From Octopus vulgaris (lineage: Eukaryota): a stretch of 64,000 nt of DNA. The position numbers and the translations under genes were made by a program. Positions within the stretch are counted from its first letter, which is position 1, and each line of letters begins with the position of its first letter. Under the pieces are notes generated by a model. It had not been told where the DNA came from. It was given only the letters and a program-made list of their open reading frames with translations, and searched no databases. Location: contig OX597823.1 of the NCBI GenBank assembly GCA_951406725.2, positions 64,356,001 to 64,420,000 of the forward strand, read 5' to 3'. Shown here piece after piece: positions 28,323 through 41,602 of this stretch.

Positions 28323-29821
28323 CTGCTTGTCAAAACAGAGAAGAATAAGGAGAACTTAGTCAGAGGACAACATTCGCTGCCACTCTATGTGTAACATAGT
28401 TTTACAGGCAGAAGTAATGCAAGTATAGTAGTAAAGATAAGAAAGATAAAATAGCTGGATGAACGCATTCTTGTCTGTGGGCAACAATGTGCTTCTAATC
28501 TGCACGTAAAATGCCATATATACATGGAGCATATAGACATATATGAGGCATGCAGAAGAAGCATGATGCTGCATGGCAAGGCAATGATGCTATAGCATTA
28601 AATACAGAAAATTTGCAAAGGCTGGGGAGAAATGAATTGTATATAATTCCATGAAATATGTAATGTTAAATTTCATGGAAGGCTAATTCTGAGATGGAAA
28701 TGTAGCTAAGCTTTAAAAGCAAAAGCTAATAGGTGCTGGAGAGACAGCAATTCTGTTATAGATATATAGTGAGTATATATAGTATACAGTTTTAACCTTT
28801 CAGTAAGCCTTATTTCTCCTTATTGCGCACATTATGACATTTTATAAAGTCACAAAAATGTCATAATTTTTCATGTGTTATAAAATGGAATCCCTTTACA
28901 AATAGCTGCACTACTTTCATATTGAAATCTTTTCTAATTTTTGCTTGCGTAAGTCCAACAGACACATGAATAAACAAGTTAAACAGCTTGTTGTAATCTC
29001 TTGATCATAAGGAATTGATTCAGGAAGCAGTTTTAAAACAATAATTCAGCAAGTATGAAGCTAACATGACAGCTGTGATGTAAAGACAGTCACTGCTTCT
29101 ATTTCACAATTAGCCAAGTTTATTACAAAGCAAACTACATGCAGTAAATCAATATCTTTCTCTAAGTGTTTGGACGTTCATAAACATGTACTTAAAATGC
29201 ATTCATTTTATTCACAAAGATAGGATTGGTGAAATCACTAGAAAGATAAAGACATGCAGTGCTCAGCGGTCAAGTACATTAAAATGTCTGCAGACGTAGA
29301 GGGCATTATCTTCTAACATATATCATATAAATGCATTTCGAGCTTTATTGAATATAAAAGATGGATGGGATATCTGTTGGTTTCAAGAAGCAGAATGCTT
29401 TCTGAATACAGATAATGATACATTTCAGCTGGTGTCTACTAAGAAATATCTAAATGTTTTAAATCATCTTTTATTCATGTCTCCTTATCAGATGGCCACA
29501 CAAATTAATCACTTTTCAATGGATTTCTCTCTTCATGGATATGAAACATAAAGCTTTTATATATGTAGAAGAATTGGATGCAAGAATGGATGGCTGTGGA
29601 GTTAACAAGCTCACTTTGTAACTGTGTGGTTCTTTGTACTTGATCCTGCAGTGTGGCATTTTGGACAAGTATCTTCTGTTGGAAGCCACAAATACTTCCT
29701 GGTATTTATTGTTTGTGTCCATCTTTAGCCTAAATTGCAATGCTTTGGATGCTGGCTTTGTGTTTCATTTCTACAGTTTAAACAACTTAAACAACACTTA
29801 CTATAGTTGCTGTCACTGTTC

Positions 29822-30255
29822 TTACTTACTTGTACTTGTGACGACATTCACCCAGGGCGGGTTGAGCTGGCTTCTTCTCTGTTCCTAACAGCATCACGAA
29901 CCATGGCGGCCCACACTCAATGGTCCTGTGCGAGGTCACTGGAGATAGCGAGCCATTCACAGTCCCATCTGCGCAGACTGACCACCTGCGGACCTGAGAG
30001 TTCGGAGAGGTCCTCCTTTATCATCATTGCCCAGGTCTTCAGCTGCCCACCTGCGCATTTGCTCCAGCTGGGAAGTGGAGGTGGGAGGAGGACATTGCGA
30101 ATCAGCTCAGCCTCTGGACACTGGGCCTCATGACTGAACCACTTTAAATGCCATTGTAGAATCACCGAAGGGAGGGGCCGGAGATTCAGGCGATGATGAA
30201 GACCGGCTGTAGGAACCCGATCAATGTGTCGGCAGCGAAGAATGCGGCAGAGTCA
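29822..30255 (-). mobile_element. RTE-clade LINE 3' end
   Basis: LKWFSH...GGQLKTW..IKEDL..LSGPQV..LRRW...LAQDH*VWAAMVRDAV..STRPG*. Tail of acaagt/taag repeats; locally GC-rich. Confidence 0.82.
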
Positions 30256-30491
30256 GTCATTGTCGAACACCTCTAGCCCTGTTCAGCCTCAAGTTAGTCA
30301 TGATCAAGCAGACCTGCCATGAAAAGCATGGCTGTCCTTCCATTTCTTTTCCTTCCAGCTCACTAAATATATCTAGGAATACAATATTCAGTTTCTTCTT
30401 TGCTTTGTAAAATAGTTGGGTGGGATTTTTAACTGACTGAGTTACCACCACACAAAGGCTTTGTCCTTGACTCAGCATAAACCTGCTTTAA

Positions 30492-30711
30492 CCCTTTCGG
30501 GACTGTATTTATTTTGAGATGCTCTGTGTTTTTTTCAATTACTTTAAATATAATAAAGAATTTAGTAAAATAACTTAATTGTCATTCAGCTAGTGTTAGG
30601 AACATAAATTGTGACTAAGGTTTTGTGAAAGATTTTAATTCAAAACTTATGAAAACAAGACATTTGTATTCAGAGCCAGAGCCAGTTTCAGCCAGGTTGG
30701 TAATGAAAGGG
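30492..30711. mobile_element. piggyBac-type MITE, 220 bp
   Basis: TTAA|ccctttc ... gaaaggg|TTAA. Partial inverted copy at 17996-18090. Confidence 0.8.
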
Positions 30712-32287
30712 TTAAATCATCTGTAGATAGGAGTCAACTCACTTTTCCTTTACCTGTGTTTTCCCTCCCATGACTGCAATTCCTTAACTTTGTTTAGTAT
30801 AACCGACAAAGAGATCATTAAATTACAAACAAAACAAGAAAAAAAGTTTGTTCACTTGAAATCTTCTGATTTGTATCTCTCTTAATCTTTCCCTCCCTCT
30901 TGATGTTAGCTCCACTCTCCAATGATATGCTGCATTTTCTAACTGGAACCTAAACTTTTCTAAAATCTTGATCAGCTCTAGGCACCAATTGATTCACAAG
31001 TATGGAACTAAGTTGTATTCTTTTCCATAATCTTTGCACACATTGCATAAAACTCAAACTTTTTCAGGAATTTCACACGAGCATCTCCTTAATCATGAAT
31101 TTGCCTTTTCTTTTTCTACCTTTTTTTACAACAGGCTTTCCATTTATTAGGCATTAAACGTTTCCATATGTATAGTAGCGACATACTAAAATTGCAATAA
31201 ACTAGGTTACATAACTGCCTCTCCTGAAAGAGTCTCAAAACTTCTGGAATGCATCTCTTACAATACATTCTCAAACACACACACACATATTGATAAATTG
31301 AAAGAAGCACAAAACTGTAGTAATCTCCTTCAAAATAGGATCCTCTGATCTTTATGTGCTTATTGTAGCTACCTTCTCTATATGTCAAGGTTTCTTTTAT
31401 TCTTCCATTATTTTCAGTGGGTGGAAAATAGCCCTGAAACAACAAATTAGCTGGAGAGTTGTACATAGTATCTAAGAGAACCACACGTAGCACTTAAGCA
31501 ACAATGTAGCTGCCATTGACATACATTATTATAGAGGTAATAAGAGACAGAAAGTGTTTAGCCATTCATTAACTGAAGGTGCATGGCTCAGAGGCTAGAG
31601 CATTGTGCTTACAATTGTGAGGTTGTGAGTTTGATTCCTGGACTGGGCTGTATGTTGTATTCTTGAGCATTTTATTTCATGTTGCTCCTGTTCACTCATC
31701 ATCATCATCATCATCATCATTTAACGTTCGCTTTCCATGCTAGCATGGGTTGGACGAATGACTGAGGGCTAGCGAACCAGATGGCTGCACCAGGCTTCAA
31801 TCTTGACCCGGCGGAGTTTCTACAGCTGGATGCCCTTCCTAACGCCACCCACTCCGAGAGTGCAGTGGGTGCTTTTATGTGCCACCAGCACAGGGCCAGA
31901 AGGTGGTACTGGCAATGATCTCGCTTGAATCTTTTACACATGCCACCGGCACAGGTGCCAGTAAGGCGATGCTGGTAACAATCACGCTTGAATGGTCTGT
32001 AGAAATTAGTTGTGGTGTCACTGGTACCAAGCTGTATTGACCTTTGCTTCTCTCTTGGACAGCATCAATGATGTGGAAAGGAGAGACTGTTATGCATGGG
32101 CGATGGCTGGTCTTTCACAAACAGCCTTGCCCAGATTTGTACCTGGGCAAGGTACAAATCTGTACTTTGTACTTTGTTGGTGCAATCCCATGGTCATATG
32201 TGACTGCAGGGGATCTTTAACTTTACTGAATTTCCACCACAAGTTCCTTAATCCTAATTAACAGAATTGTGTTAGCTGCTACACACA

Positions 32288-32332
<45 letters not shown>

Positions 32333-32960
32333 ATCATAGTAGACAACTAATCTGTGACTGTGGTGTTTAGCTGAAATTTGCATATGTGTACTTTAGCTAA
32401 CAATGTACATTTTATGCACAACACAACAAATTTATTTCAAAAGAACTGAAATAAATTTAAACATGAGGAAGCCATTAGCTGTAATAAAGAACTATACAAG
32501 AATGTAAACACATTCTTCAAATGATTTCAGTGCAGAGAAAAAACTAAAAGAAATACGTTTTAGTGAAGAAAAATGCAGTATCTAATTCAAGGGAGATGAT
32601 TTAGAGTATCTGACCACATGAGTCATAACTGTTTCGTTTTATTTTACAGTTAAATTGAATTTATTTTTGCTTTTAACCTGTTCTATTCCAGTATCACTTA
32701 ACACAAGATTTGTGTTCTTGTCAACCATCATTAAAAAATAGCGGCATCTCATTATCTGGTGCAGGGGATTACAGATATATTACCAATAAATGCCAAAAGT
32801 AAGAAGCCATAGCTATCAACTGCATTACTGAATAACAAAATAATTTACTCTCTACTAATTCAGTGTTGAGTACTCCTTCGGTGTGTCATACTAACATACA
32901 TACATGAAATATTAGATATATATATATATACAATTGCAGAGTGGAAGGTGTTTATAAACC

Positions 32961-33353
32961 TATTTCTTTACAACCCGCAATGGGCTAAACACAGAGAGGA
33001 CAAACAAGGACATGCAAACGGATTAAGTCGATTATATCAACCCTACTGCGTAACTGGTACTTATTTAATCGACTCCGAAAGGATGAAAGGCAAAGTCGAC
33101 CTTGGCGGAATTTGAACTCAGAACGTAACTGCAGACGAAATAACGCTAAATATTTCACCTGTTATGTCGGAGTGGTTGGCGTTAGGAAGGGCATCCAGCT
33201 GTAGAAACACTGCCAGATCTGACTGGCCTGGTGCAGCCTTCGGGCTTGCCAGACCCCAGTTGAACCGTCCAACCCATGCTAGCATGGAAAGCGGACGTTA
33301 AACGATGATGATGATGATGATGATGCTACCGTTTCTGCCAGCTCGCTGCCTTA
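32961..33353 (-). mobile_element. SINE B with 16-bp TSD, interrupted by a family D 3' fragment (33167-33325, + strand)
   Basis: TSD aaggtgtttataaacc at 32945-32960 and 33354-33369. Confidence 0.9.
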
Positions 33354-33489
33354 AAGGTGTTTATAAACCATTTAAAAACACACAAAAACTGTTAGATTCA
33401 CTTCAACATTTAAATTTAATTTGTCAATATATTTTCATCACTTTGAGATAGTGACCTGTTCACTGACAAAATTCTGTGCTGTGCAGAAA

Positions 33490-35315
33490 TTTGGAATACA
33501 AAATCCAAGTTTAGGGAGAAGGATAATGCTGTGTTTCATGCAGTTTTGATGGGGTATAAAGTGGGGAAGAACTCCCTGTGAAAATTCATATGTTTCGGAT
33601 TTTGATGAAATTTGATCCATAGGTATTATAAATAAATTTCAAAAATATACCCAAAATTTCCTTTTCTTTAGATGATTATAAGAACCCCTTATGGGGGCTT
33701 AACCCCCAAATTTTAGTCATATTTCATGGACCAAAATTACTGAATGGATCCTTATAATATTTGGAACTTAGATTCAATGCATAGGTGCAGGTATAATGCA
33801 GTATGTTTGAATTTAAGGGGCTTATGGGGAGCAGAACCCTCCCATGATAAAGCTTCAACCATTATAATTAACACAATTCAAGAAGTATTCCCAAAGTCTC
33901 CACTTTTCATGAGGATTCTAAGACCCTCTAATGGGGGGGGGGTAACTCCTAAATTTTAGTCATTTTTTAATGATCCAAAACAAGATCGAAATTACTGAAT
34001 GGATCTTTATGAAATTTGGAAATTATATTCTATTCATAAGGGCAGATATAATGCAATATATATTTGAAAGTGAGGGGTCATAAATGAGGCCATAACCCCC
34101 ATGAAAATTCATATATTTTTGCTGATGATGAAATTTTAACCATATATATTAGACACATATGAAGTAATATTCCTAAAATATCAACTTCTTAGGAGGTTAT
34201 TGGGGCTTAAACCCCACAATTTAGTCATTTTTCCTAAGCCAAGACAAATACAATTCTTGTCTTGGAAGCGGTAGATTTACCCAAGGCTACAAAATGTGTG
34301 TTATTTTTAATTCAATGGTACAGCAGTGTAAGAATTTGCTTTGAGATATATTTAGACTGTGATTTCTGGAATGTGGTGCATAAATTGTCAAGTAAAGGAG
34401 AGGCATCTTTGTGTCTACCGGCTCAGTTGCAAAGTGTTATTTTGAGTAATGCTATTTGGTTCTAGACCTCTTTTGAGTCTTTTTATTATCACTTGGTCAG
34501 AGATAGTCCCGAGATGGTAACATTGATTTCAAGGTCTTTTCAGATAAGTGATTGGTCATTCAAGAGATTTATAGATTGAAAATTTATTCTGTTCAGATAC
34601 CTATTCGCATAGTGATCATTGGCAAACTCCAGAGGTAACACTTTCATTTCCCCTTAGCCTTTACGTCACACAGTTGTTAATGTTTATTTGAGTTGGGTCA
34701 CACTCTTCCAATTGCTATAGATCCATAATGCATCTTATGGCTGTGCCGGTCACCTATATGGTGAAGACTCCTGCAATAGGAAGTGGTAACGACTAGGGTA
34801 GGGTAGCTGACTGCTTGTTGTGATCATTCGTCTTTTGATTTCCTCTAGCTTTGCTCTCTTTTACAAACCCAGTAAACATTCATATATTTCCACTTTCAAA
34901 GAAATTTGAACAATATATATAAAACAAACAATATATATAAAAAAACAAGTTAAAAAAGGTTCCCAACAATTCAACTTCTCTGGTTGACTTTAAGACCCCT
35001 GCTAATAGGGGCCTTAACTCCCACATTTTAGAGCTCCATCTGCTCCATTTTTCAGGAGAAAATATCTTTGAATGGATTTTATAAGATTTGGATTTTGGAA
35101 TTTGAGCATAAAGATGAGTAGTATGGGATTAATATGTTATGATTAGAATTTTTGTTAGGGTGTGTAAAGGGGGAAAGAACCCCTATTCAAATTCTTAATC
35201 TCCAATTTTGATGAAATTATAATCATTGGTATTCCAGTTCATAAGAGAAAACATAAAAGAAAAGTCTAATTCTTCAATTGCATCTGACACGAGCAACGCC
35301 GGATATCTCTGCTAG
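33490..35315 (+). mobile_element. Non-autonomous Helitron-like element with degenerate internal tandem units
   Basis: 3' end cacgagcaacgccggatatctctgCTAG|T. Repeated blocks tgaaaattcatat...gatgaaattt and aattactgaatggatc. The 5' boundary is uncertain. Confidence 0.6.
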
Positions 35316-35521
35316 TACACACACACACACACACACACAACATCATCATCATTTAACATCTGCCTTCCATGCTGGCATATATACACAAATTCTTTTATGA
35401 ATGTATTTATGTGTGTGTATATGTATATACACTCATATATATATATATATGTACACATGCATACGTACACTACATGCATACATAAATACATACATACATA
35501 TACACACACATACGCGCACAC

Positions 35522-35558
<37 letters not shown>

Positions 35559-35978
35559 CATGCATACATACATGTATGTGTGTTTGTATATGTGTGCGTG
35601 CATGTGTGCATACATGCTTCTCTCGGAATGTGAATAAAGGTCATGTTAGTGTATCATAATCATATTTAATGATCCTTGCCTGTCTTACATGCACTTTCTT
35701 TTAGTATTATACATCAATCCTCATGCAAATTCATTATTTATAATAGGCTTTTCAAATTAAAAACATGACTGTAATTGTCTTTTCTTGCTGTTTTCTCAGA
35801 ATATGACATTTCTTTGTAATAGTTTTGTTGGAGGCTGCAAGTGAAGAGATGAAAGTGAATGCACAACTTTTTCTTTTTTTCAAAGGAAAATTTTTTTTTT
35901 TATTTTCATGTTTGAGAACAAATTGTCAGATGTTTTAATATATGTTTCTTTAAAATGCTGCTTCTGACATCTATGTAT

Positions 35979-36012
<34 letters not shown>

Positions 36013-36077
36013 CATAAATATACATATATACATCCATGTATGTGTGTGTGTGTGTATACATATATATAAACATATAC

Positions 36078-36221
36078 TTTATTAATAAAGCTGCAAAGAT
36101 ATCATGGAAACTGTTACTCAGAGTTTCACGTTCCTGTTCATCAGACAAAACTGTCTGACAAACAGGAACATGAAACTCTGAGTAACAGTTTTTGTGATGT
36201 TTTTGCAGCTTTATTAATAAA
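36078..36221. repeat. Palindrome with 70-bp arms and a 4-nt loop, made of two back-to-back hammerhead motifs
   Basis: Arms 36078-36147 and 36152-36221, with a few mismatches. Confidence 0.9.
36110..36147 (-). ncRNA. Minimal type I hammerhead ribozyme motif with intact core
   Basis: tgt CTGATGA ac-aggaac-gt GAAA ctc-t-gag TA aca. Confidence 0.7.
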
Positions 36222-36619
36222 TCATATTACTCTACCTCTGGTGTTTGAGTACTATTTTGTTCAACCTTGTTTCACATTTATGTGCTTACTCTGGTATATA
36301 TACATATACATATACATACATACATACATGTGGAGGCGCAATGGCCCAGTGGTTAGGGCAGTGGACTCGCAGTTGTGTGTTTATTGAGTGCAAACACCTA
36401 AAAGCTCCCTGAGGCTCCAGCAGGGGTTGGTGGCGACCCCTGTTGTACTCTTTTGCCTCAAATTTCTTTCACTCTCTCTTCCTGTTTCTCAAGTAACGCT
36501 GTGATGGACTGGCATCCCATCCAGCTGAGGGGAATACATACGCCACAGAAACCAGGAAACCAGGCCCATGAGCCTGGCTAGGCTTGAAAAGGGTGCATAA
36601 ATAATAAATAAACATACAT

Positions 36620-36678
<59 letters not shown>

Positions 36679-37890
36679 ATCCAAACATGAAAACACAAAG
36701 AGAAAACATAACGCGAAGACGTGGAACAAATATAGTATTATTGGACGCTCAGGAAGGAAGGGAAGAAGGAGGGTCCAACATTTCGAGCGGAGCTCTTCGT
36801 CAGAAACATAGGAAAAGGAAAGATCCAGTGAAGGGAAGACGGAGAAAAAAAAAAAAGAATAAGAAAAAGTATATATACATTACGAGATTGAGCAACTGAG
36901 CACCTGCATAAAACTGTTTCTCAGGTAGTATGGTCATTAACCAAAGAACACACTCGTTGCCGTTTAGCTTTTATTCAGCCTTGATCCACTAAATGTCTGA
37001 TGAATGACATTCAAATTGTGGCTATTCCAATGTGTTTGTATGACTGGTATTCAATATCCTTTATTTTTGTAGGAGAATAAGGTGTCTATTGGGGAAGATT
37101 TAGCTTCTGTTTCCAGCATGTCAAACAATTGCCTACCAGTTTCCCCAATGCCTTTATCAGATTGAGCTATTGAGCAACTATATAAAGGGCATTGTTTTTA
37201 AGTTGGTATGAATATACTGTATGTAGAAGCATTAAAACAGGAAGATAAATACTGAACTTAGAAAACTGGAATGTTGTCAGATAAAATACTTTGTGTATTT
37301 AGTTATGGGTCTTTACATTTTGAGTTCAAATCATGCTGAGGGTGTTTTTTTGTTGTTTTTGTTTTAGCTCTATATTCTTGCTCAGGAGTCAAGTAATGAA
37401 GTTGATATGATTGACTGTTCAATCCCACTTTGAAATTTGCGATGTGGTACAACAACAACAACAACACCATTGTCATCATTATCATCATCATTTTAAGATC
37501 CTCATTTCTATGCTTGCATATGTTGAACAGAATTAGTTGAGGTGGATTTTTTTTATGGCTAGATGCTCTTCCTGTTGCCAACCCTTACCTGTTTCCAAGT
37601 AAGGTAATATCACAGAATTTTGGGAGCAAAGGGTAGCAATTCCATTCTGTCAACACTTGTTTACAGCTATCACAGGATGTCAAATAGTAATACATTCACA
37701 CACGCACACACATAAAACAAACAAACACACACACACACACATGCACGCACACACATATGCACACACACACACACACACACACACAAAAGAAACAAACACA
37801 CAAACATACACACACATGTGCTAAACACACTTATAGACAAAAACGCATATACACTTATACACAACTTCATATATACATATATATACATAC

Positions 37891-37962
<72 letters not shown>

Positions 37963-38909
37963 ATATACACACACATATAAACACACCTATAGACAAATAC
38001 ACATATGCATACATGTGCAAAACACACTTATAGACGAACACACAAATAGTATTTAAACCGGCCATACCCAGCCCAAGTATCTTATCTGTTTTATGTACAA
38101 AGTGGCCAGATCCTGCCTCTCACACCTACCCTACATTGTCATTCTAAAAATAACCAATCATATCATCAGAATCACAAAGCTACAAGAATCTGAGTAACAA
38201 TTACATTAACTGTAATAGTATATGTATGTTGTTGTTGCATAATTAATTTAAAAACAATGTGAATAAATATTAGATTTGGCACAGCAATCTAAATGCTAAA
38301 GGGTTAAGGGTATTGTGAAGGGTCTGGTTAGAGGTCCATCTTTCTGAGTTCTTTTTCAGGGTTTAGAAAAACTGAAGGATTGCTACAATAGTATACGTTG
38401 AATAAAATCATAATTAACTGATAATTTACTCATTTACTAGTTTCAGTCATTTGACTGCAGCCATGCTGGAGCACCGCCTTTAGTCATGCAAATCAACCCC
38501 AGGACTTATTCTATTGGTCACTCTTGCTGAACCACACTAAACACACCAGCATCAGTTGTCAAGCGATGTTGGGGGGACAAACACAGACACACAAACACAC
38601 ACATACATACATATATACATATATACGACGGGCTTCTTTCAGTTTCTATCTACCAAATCTACTCACAATGCTTTGGTCGGCCCGAGACTATAGCAGAAGA
38701 CACTTGCACAAGGTGCCATGCGGTGGGACTAAACCCAAAACCATGTGGTTGGTAAGCAAGCTACTTGCCTCACTACCCAAATCCAGGAAATTTTCAGCAC
38801 CCCCATATACATAAATATACAACAGGCTTATGTATCAAAAGGTTTTGCTCAGCTCAGGGCCAATAGTAAAAGACTATAGAAGGAAACTTTCCCAAAGTTC
38901 CATGCAGCA

Positions 38910-39297
38910 AGGAGGAAGCACTCTGTCGGTTACGACGACGAGGGTTCCAGTTGATCCGAATCAATGAAACAGCCTGCTCGTGAAATTAGCGTGTAAGTGG
39001 CTGAGCACTTCACAGACACGTGTACCCTTAACGTAGTTCTAGGGGATATTCAGTGTGACACAGAGAGTGACAAGGCCGGCCCTTTGAAATACAGGTACAA
39101 CAGAAACAGGAAGTAAGAGTGAGAGAAAGTTGTGGTGAAAGAGTACAGCAGGGATCACCACCATCCCCTGCCGGAGCCTCGTGGAGCTTTAGGTGTTTTC
39201 GCTCAATAAACACTCACAAAGCCCGGTCTGGGAATCGAAACCTCGATCCTATGACCGCGAGTCCGCTGCCCTAACCACTGGGCCATTGCGCCTCCAT
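38910..39297 (-). mobile_element. SINE with a family C head and a different tail, inserted in a SINE A remnant
   Basis: Head tggaggcgcaatggcccagtggttagggcagcggactcgcgg. TSD catgcagca at 38901 and about 39299. Confidence 0.82.
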
Positions 39298-40082
39298 GCA
39301 TGCAGCAGGACTGAACCTGGAACTATGTGGCTGAGAAATAAACTTCTTACCACACAACCACACCTATGCTAAGGCATGCCGGGTATCTATGTAAGAAATT
39401 CACATATAATGGAAACTTTGACTTTGGTAGGCATGGAGAAAAAAAAAAATGTGCAAAAGCAAAATGAAAGAAATTTTTAAATTATGATTTCTCTATAATT
39501 TTGTCTTGTAAAAGTTTAAAAATCTCTTCTGTATTTTACGGTGTTCACTGCAGATATCAAAAGCAATCAAACAAATAGGATTGAAGGATATCAAGCTAAA
39601 GCAGTATGAAATGGTGTAGATTCCTAAATGTTTTTGGTTTCTTTTTTTTCTTCTTCTTGTGCAAAGTTTTGAGCAAAGCAAGAATTCTGCCTTGTTATTC
39701 AATTACCCTATCAGTTGAATATTTTTATATTTTTGTTTTTATAATTTTTTTTCTTTTTACATATTTTTGCTGTATTTAAAATTTTTATATTATAATTTTT
39801 GTTTTTAAAATTTCAGATGTCTACAACTAAGTGATTTACATTAACTATAATAGTATATGTATGTTGTTGTTGTTGCTTAACTCAGATTGGATCTGAATGA
39901 GTAAACTTGTGATCAAAAGTATTCCAATTACTGCCTTCTATCTTTTTTTGACCTGTGGACCAATTTTTAAGCTAGTAGAGTATGGTTTGAAGAAGATTTT
40001 TGTTGCTATTTCTAGCTGATTGAGTTACCGTAGAGAGGTTCTTTTATTAGCTCAAGTGCATACATTTGTGTGTATATATGTG

Positions 40083-40126
<44 letters not shown>

Positions 40127-40777
40127 TTGATTTGAAATTTGAACTTGAGTTTACTTTCAATTTTTCTCTTCCTTTTTTTTCCAAATTTAATGCAAAAATG
40201 CTTTTGATTCTAAATTGAGTTCTTCTATTTGGAATTTCAATATTTATCAGTTTTCATTATAATTTCATTTATTTATTTCAACCCCAGCATCTGATTTTCC
40301 AACTTTATTCTGAAATATCACTCCAATATCTTTAATTTTCATCCTTCTGGGGGTTGATAAAATAAAGAACTTCACGCATCAAATCTTTGTATACACATAC
40401 AAATTTACACACTACATACTCATACATACAAGTATCTATGCACATGCATATAGATATCTATGTATACACACACATATGCAAATATACATTCAAACACACA
40501 CACACATGTGTATACACAGATATCTGTATGTATGTGTATTTCTGTGCTTAGATACTTGTATGTATGTGTATGTAGTGTGTAAATATGTATGTGTATACAA
40601 AAATTTGATGAGTGACAAAGTTCTTTATATATATACAGAAAATGAGGAGTTTAGTTCATTTGTGATCTATACGAATAGGTACATTGATTAAGTGCTATAG
40701 TTGGTCAACTGTTAGGTTCCAAGGCCACAGCTAAGGCTGGATCTAGGAATCCGTGTTAGGGTTCCGTTATAGCATGT

Positions 40778-40952
40778 ATATATTATATTAGAGGAAAAAT
40801 CTAAACCAAGACAGAACGAGTATTTAAAGTCATTTAGATTAATTTAATTGGGGTAAGGTGAATTTGAAGTCTTACCCTAATTAAATTATTCTAAATGACT
40901 TGAGATACTTGTTCTGCCTTGGTTCTAAGTTTTCCCTCTAATATAATATATT
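40778..40952. repeat. Imperfect inverted repeat, arms about 80 bp
   Basis: tatattatattagagg...aattggggtaag versus cttaccctaatt...cctctaatataatata. Confidence 0.82.
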
Positions 40953-41363
40953 AGGTGCAGGAGTAGCTGTGTGGTAAGTAGCTTGCTACCCAACCACATG
41001 GTTCCAGGTTCAGTCCCACTGCGTGGCATCTTGGGCAAGTGTCTTCTGCTATAGCCCCGGGCTGACCAATGCCTTATGAGTGGATTTGGTAGACGGAAAC
41101 TGAAAGAAGCCTGTCATATATATATGTATATATATATGTGTGTGTGTGTGCGTGTTTCTGTGTCTGTGTTTGTCCCCCTAGCATTGCTTGACAACCGATG
41201 CTGGTGTGTTTACGTCCCTGTCACTTAGCGGTTCGGCAAAAGAGACCGATAGAATAAGTACTGGGCTTACAAAGAATAAGCCCCAGGGTCGATTTGCTCG
41301 ACTAAAGGTGGTGCTCCAGCATGGCCGCAGTCAAATGACTGAAACAAGTAAAAGAGTAAAAGA

Positions 41364-41366
<3 letters not shown>
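40953..41366 (+). mobile_element. SINE family A, full length
   Basis: Head, body and tail gactgaaacaagtaaaagagtaaaagag are all present. Confidence 0.9.
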
Positions 41367-41400
<34 letters not shown>

Positions 41401-41453
41401 TCATTATTTCTAATTCTCTCTAAAGGAGAGTACTGCAGCGGTACTGGATATTA

Positions 41454-41552
41454 ATAGTTATCACCAAGCTAACATGGCAGTCCAGAAAAATAGGGTGAAA
41501 ATAGAACACCAGCATTCATCCAATTTTCTGGACTGCCATATTATCTTGGCAA

Positions 41553-41559
<7 letters not shown>
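41454..41559. mobile_element. Small TA-flanked MITE or foldback
   Basis: atagttatcaccaagctaacatggcagtccagaaaa versus ttttctggactgccatattatcttggcaataactat. Confidence 0.65.

Positions 41560-41602
<43 letters not shown>

Noticed and set aside
39574-39640. Plus-strand exon after ctgcag (ISKAIKQIGLKDIKLKQYEMV)
   Set aside because: Weak pyrimidine tract, ambiguous frame and no supporting neighbouring exons.
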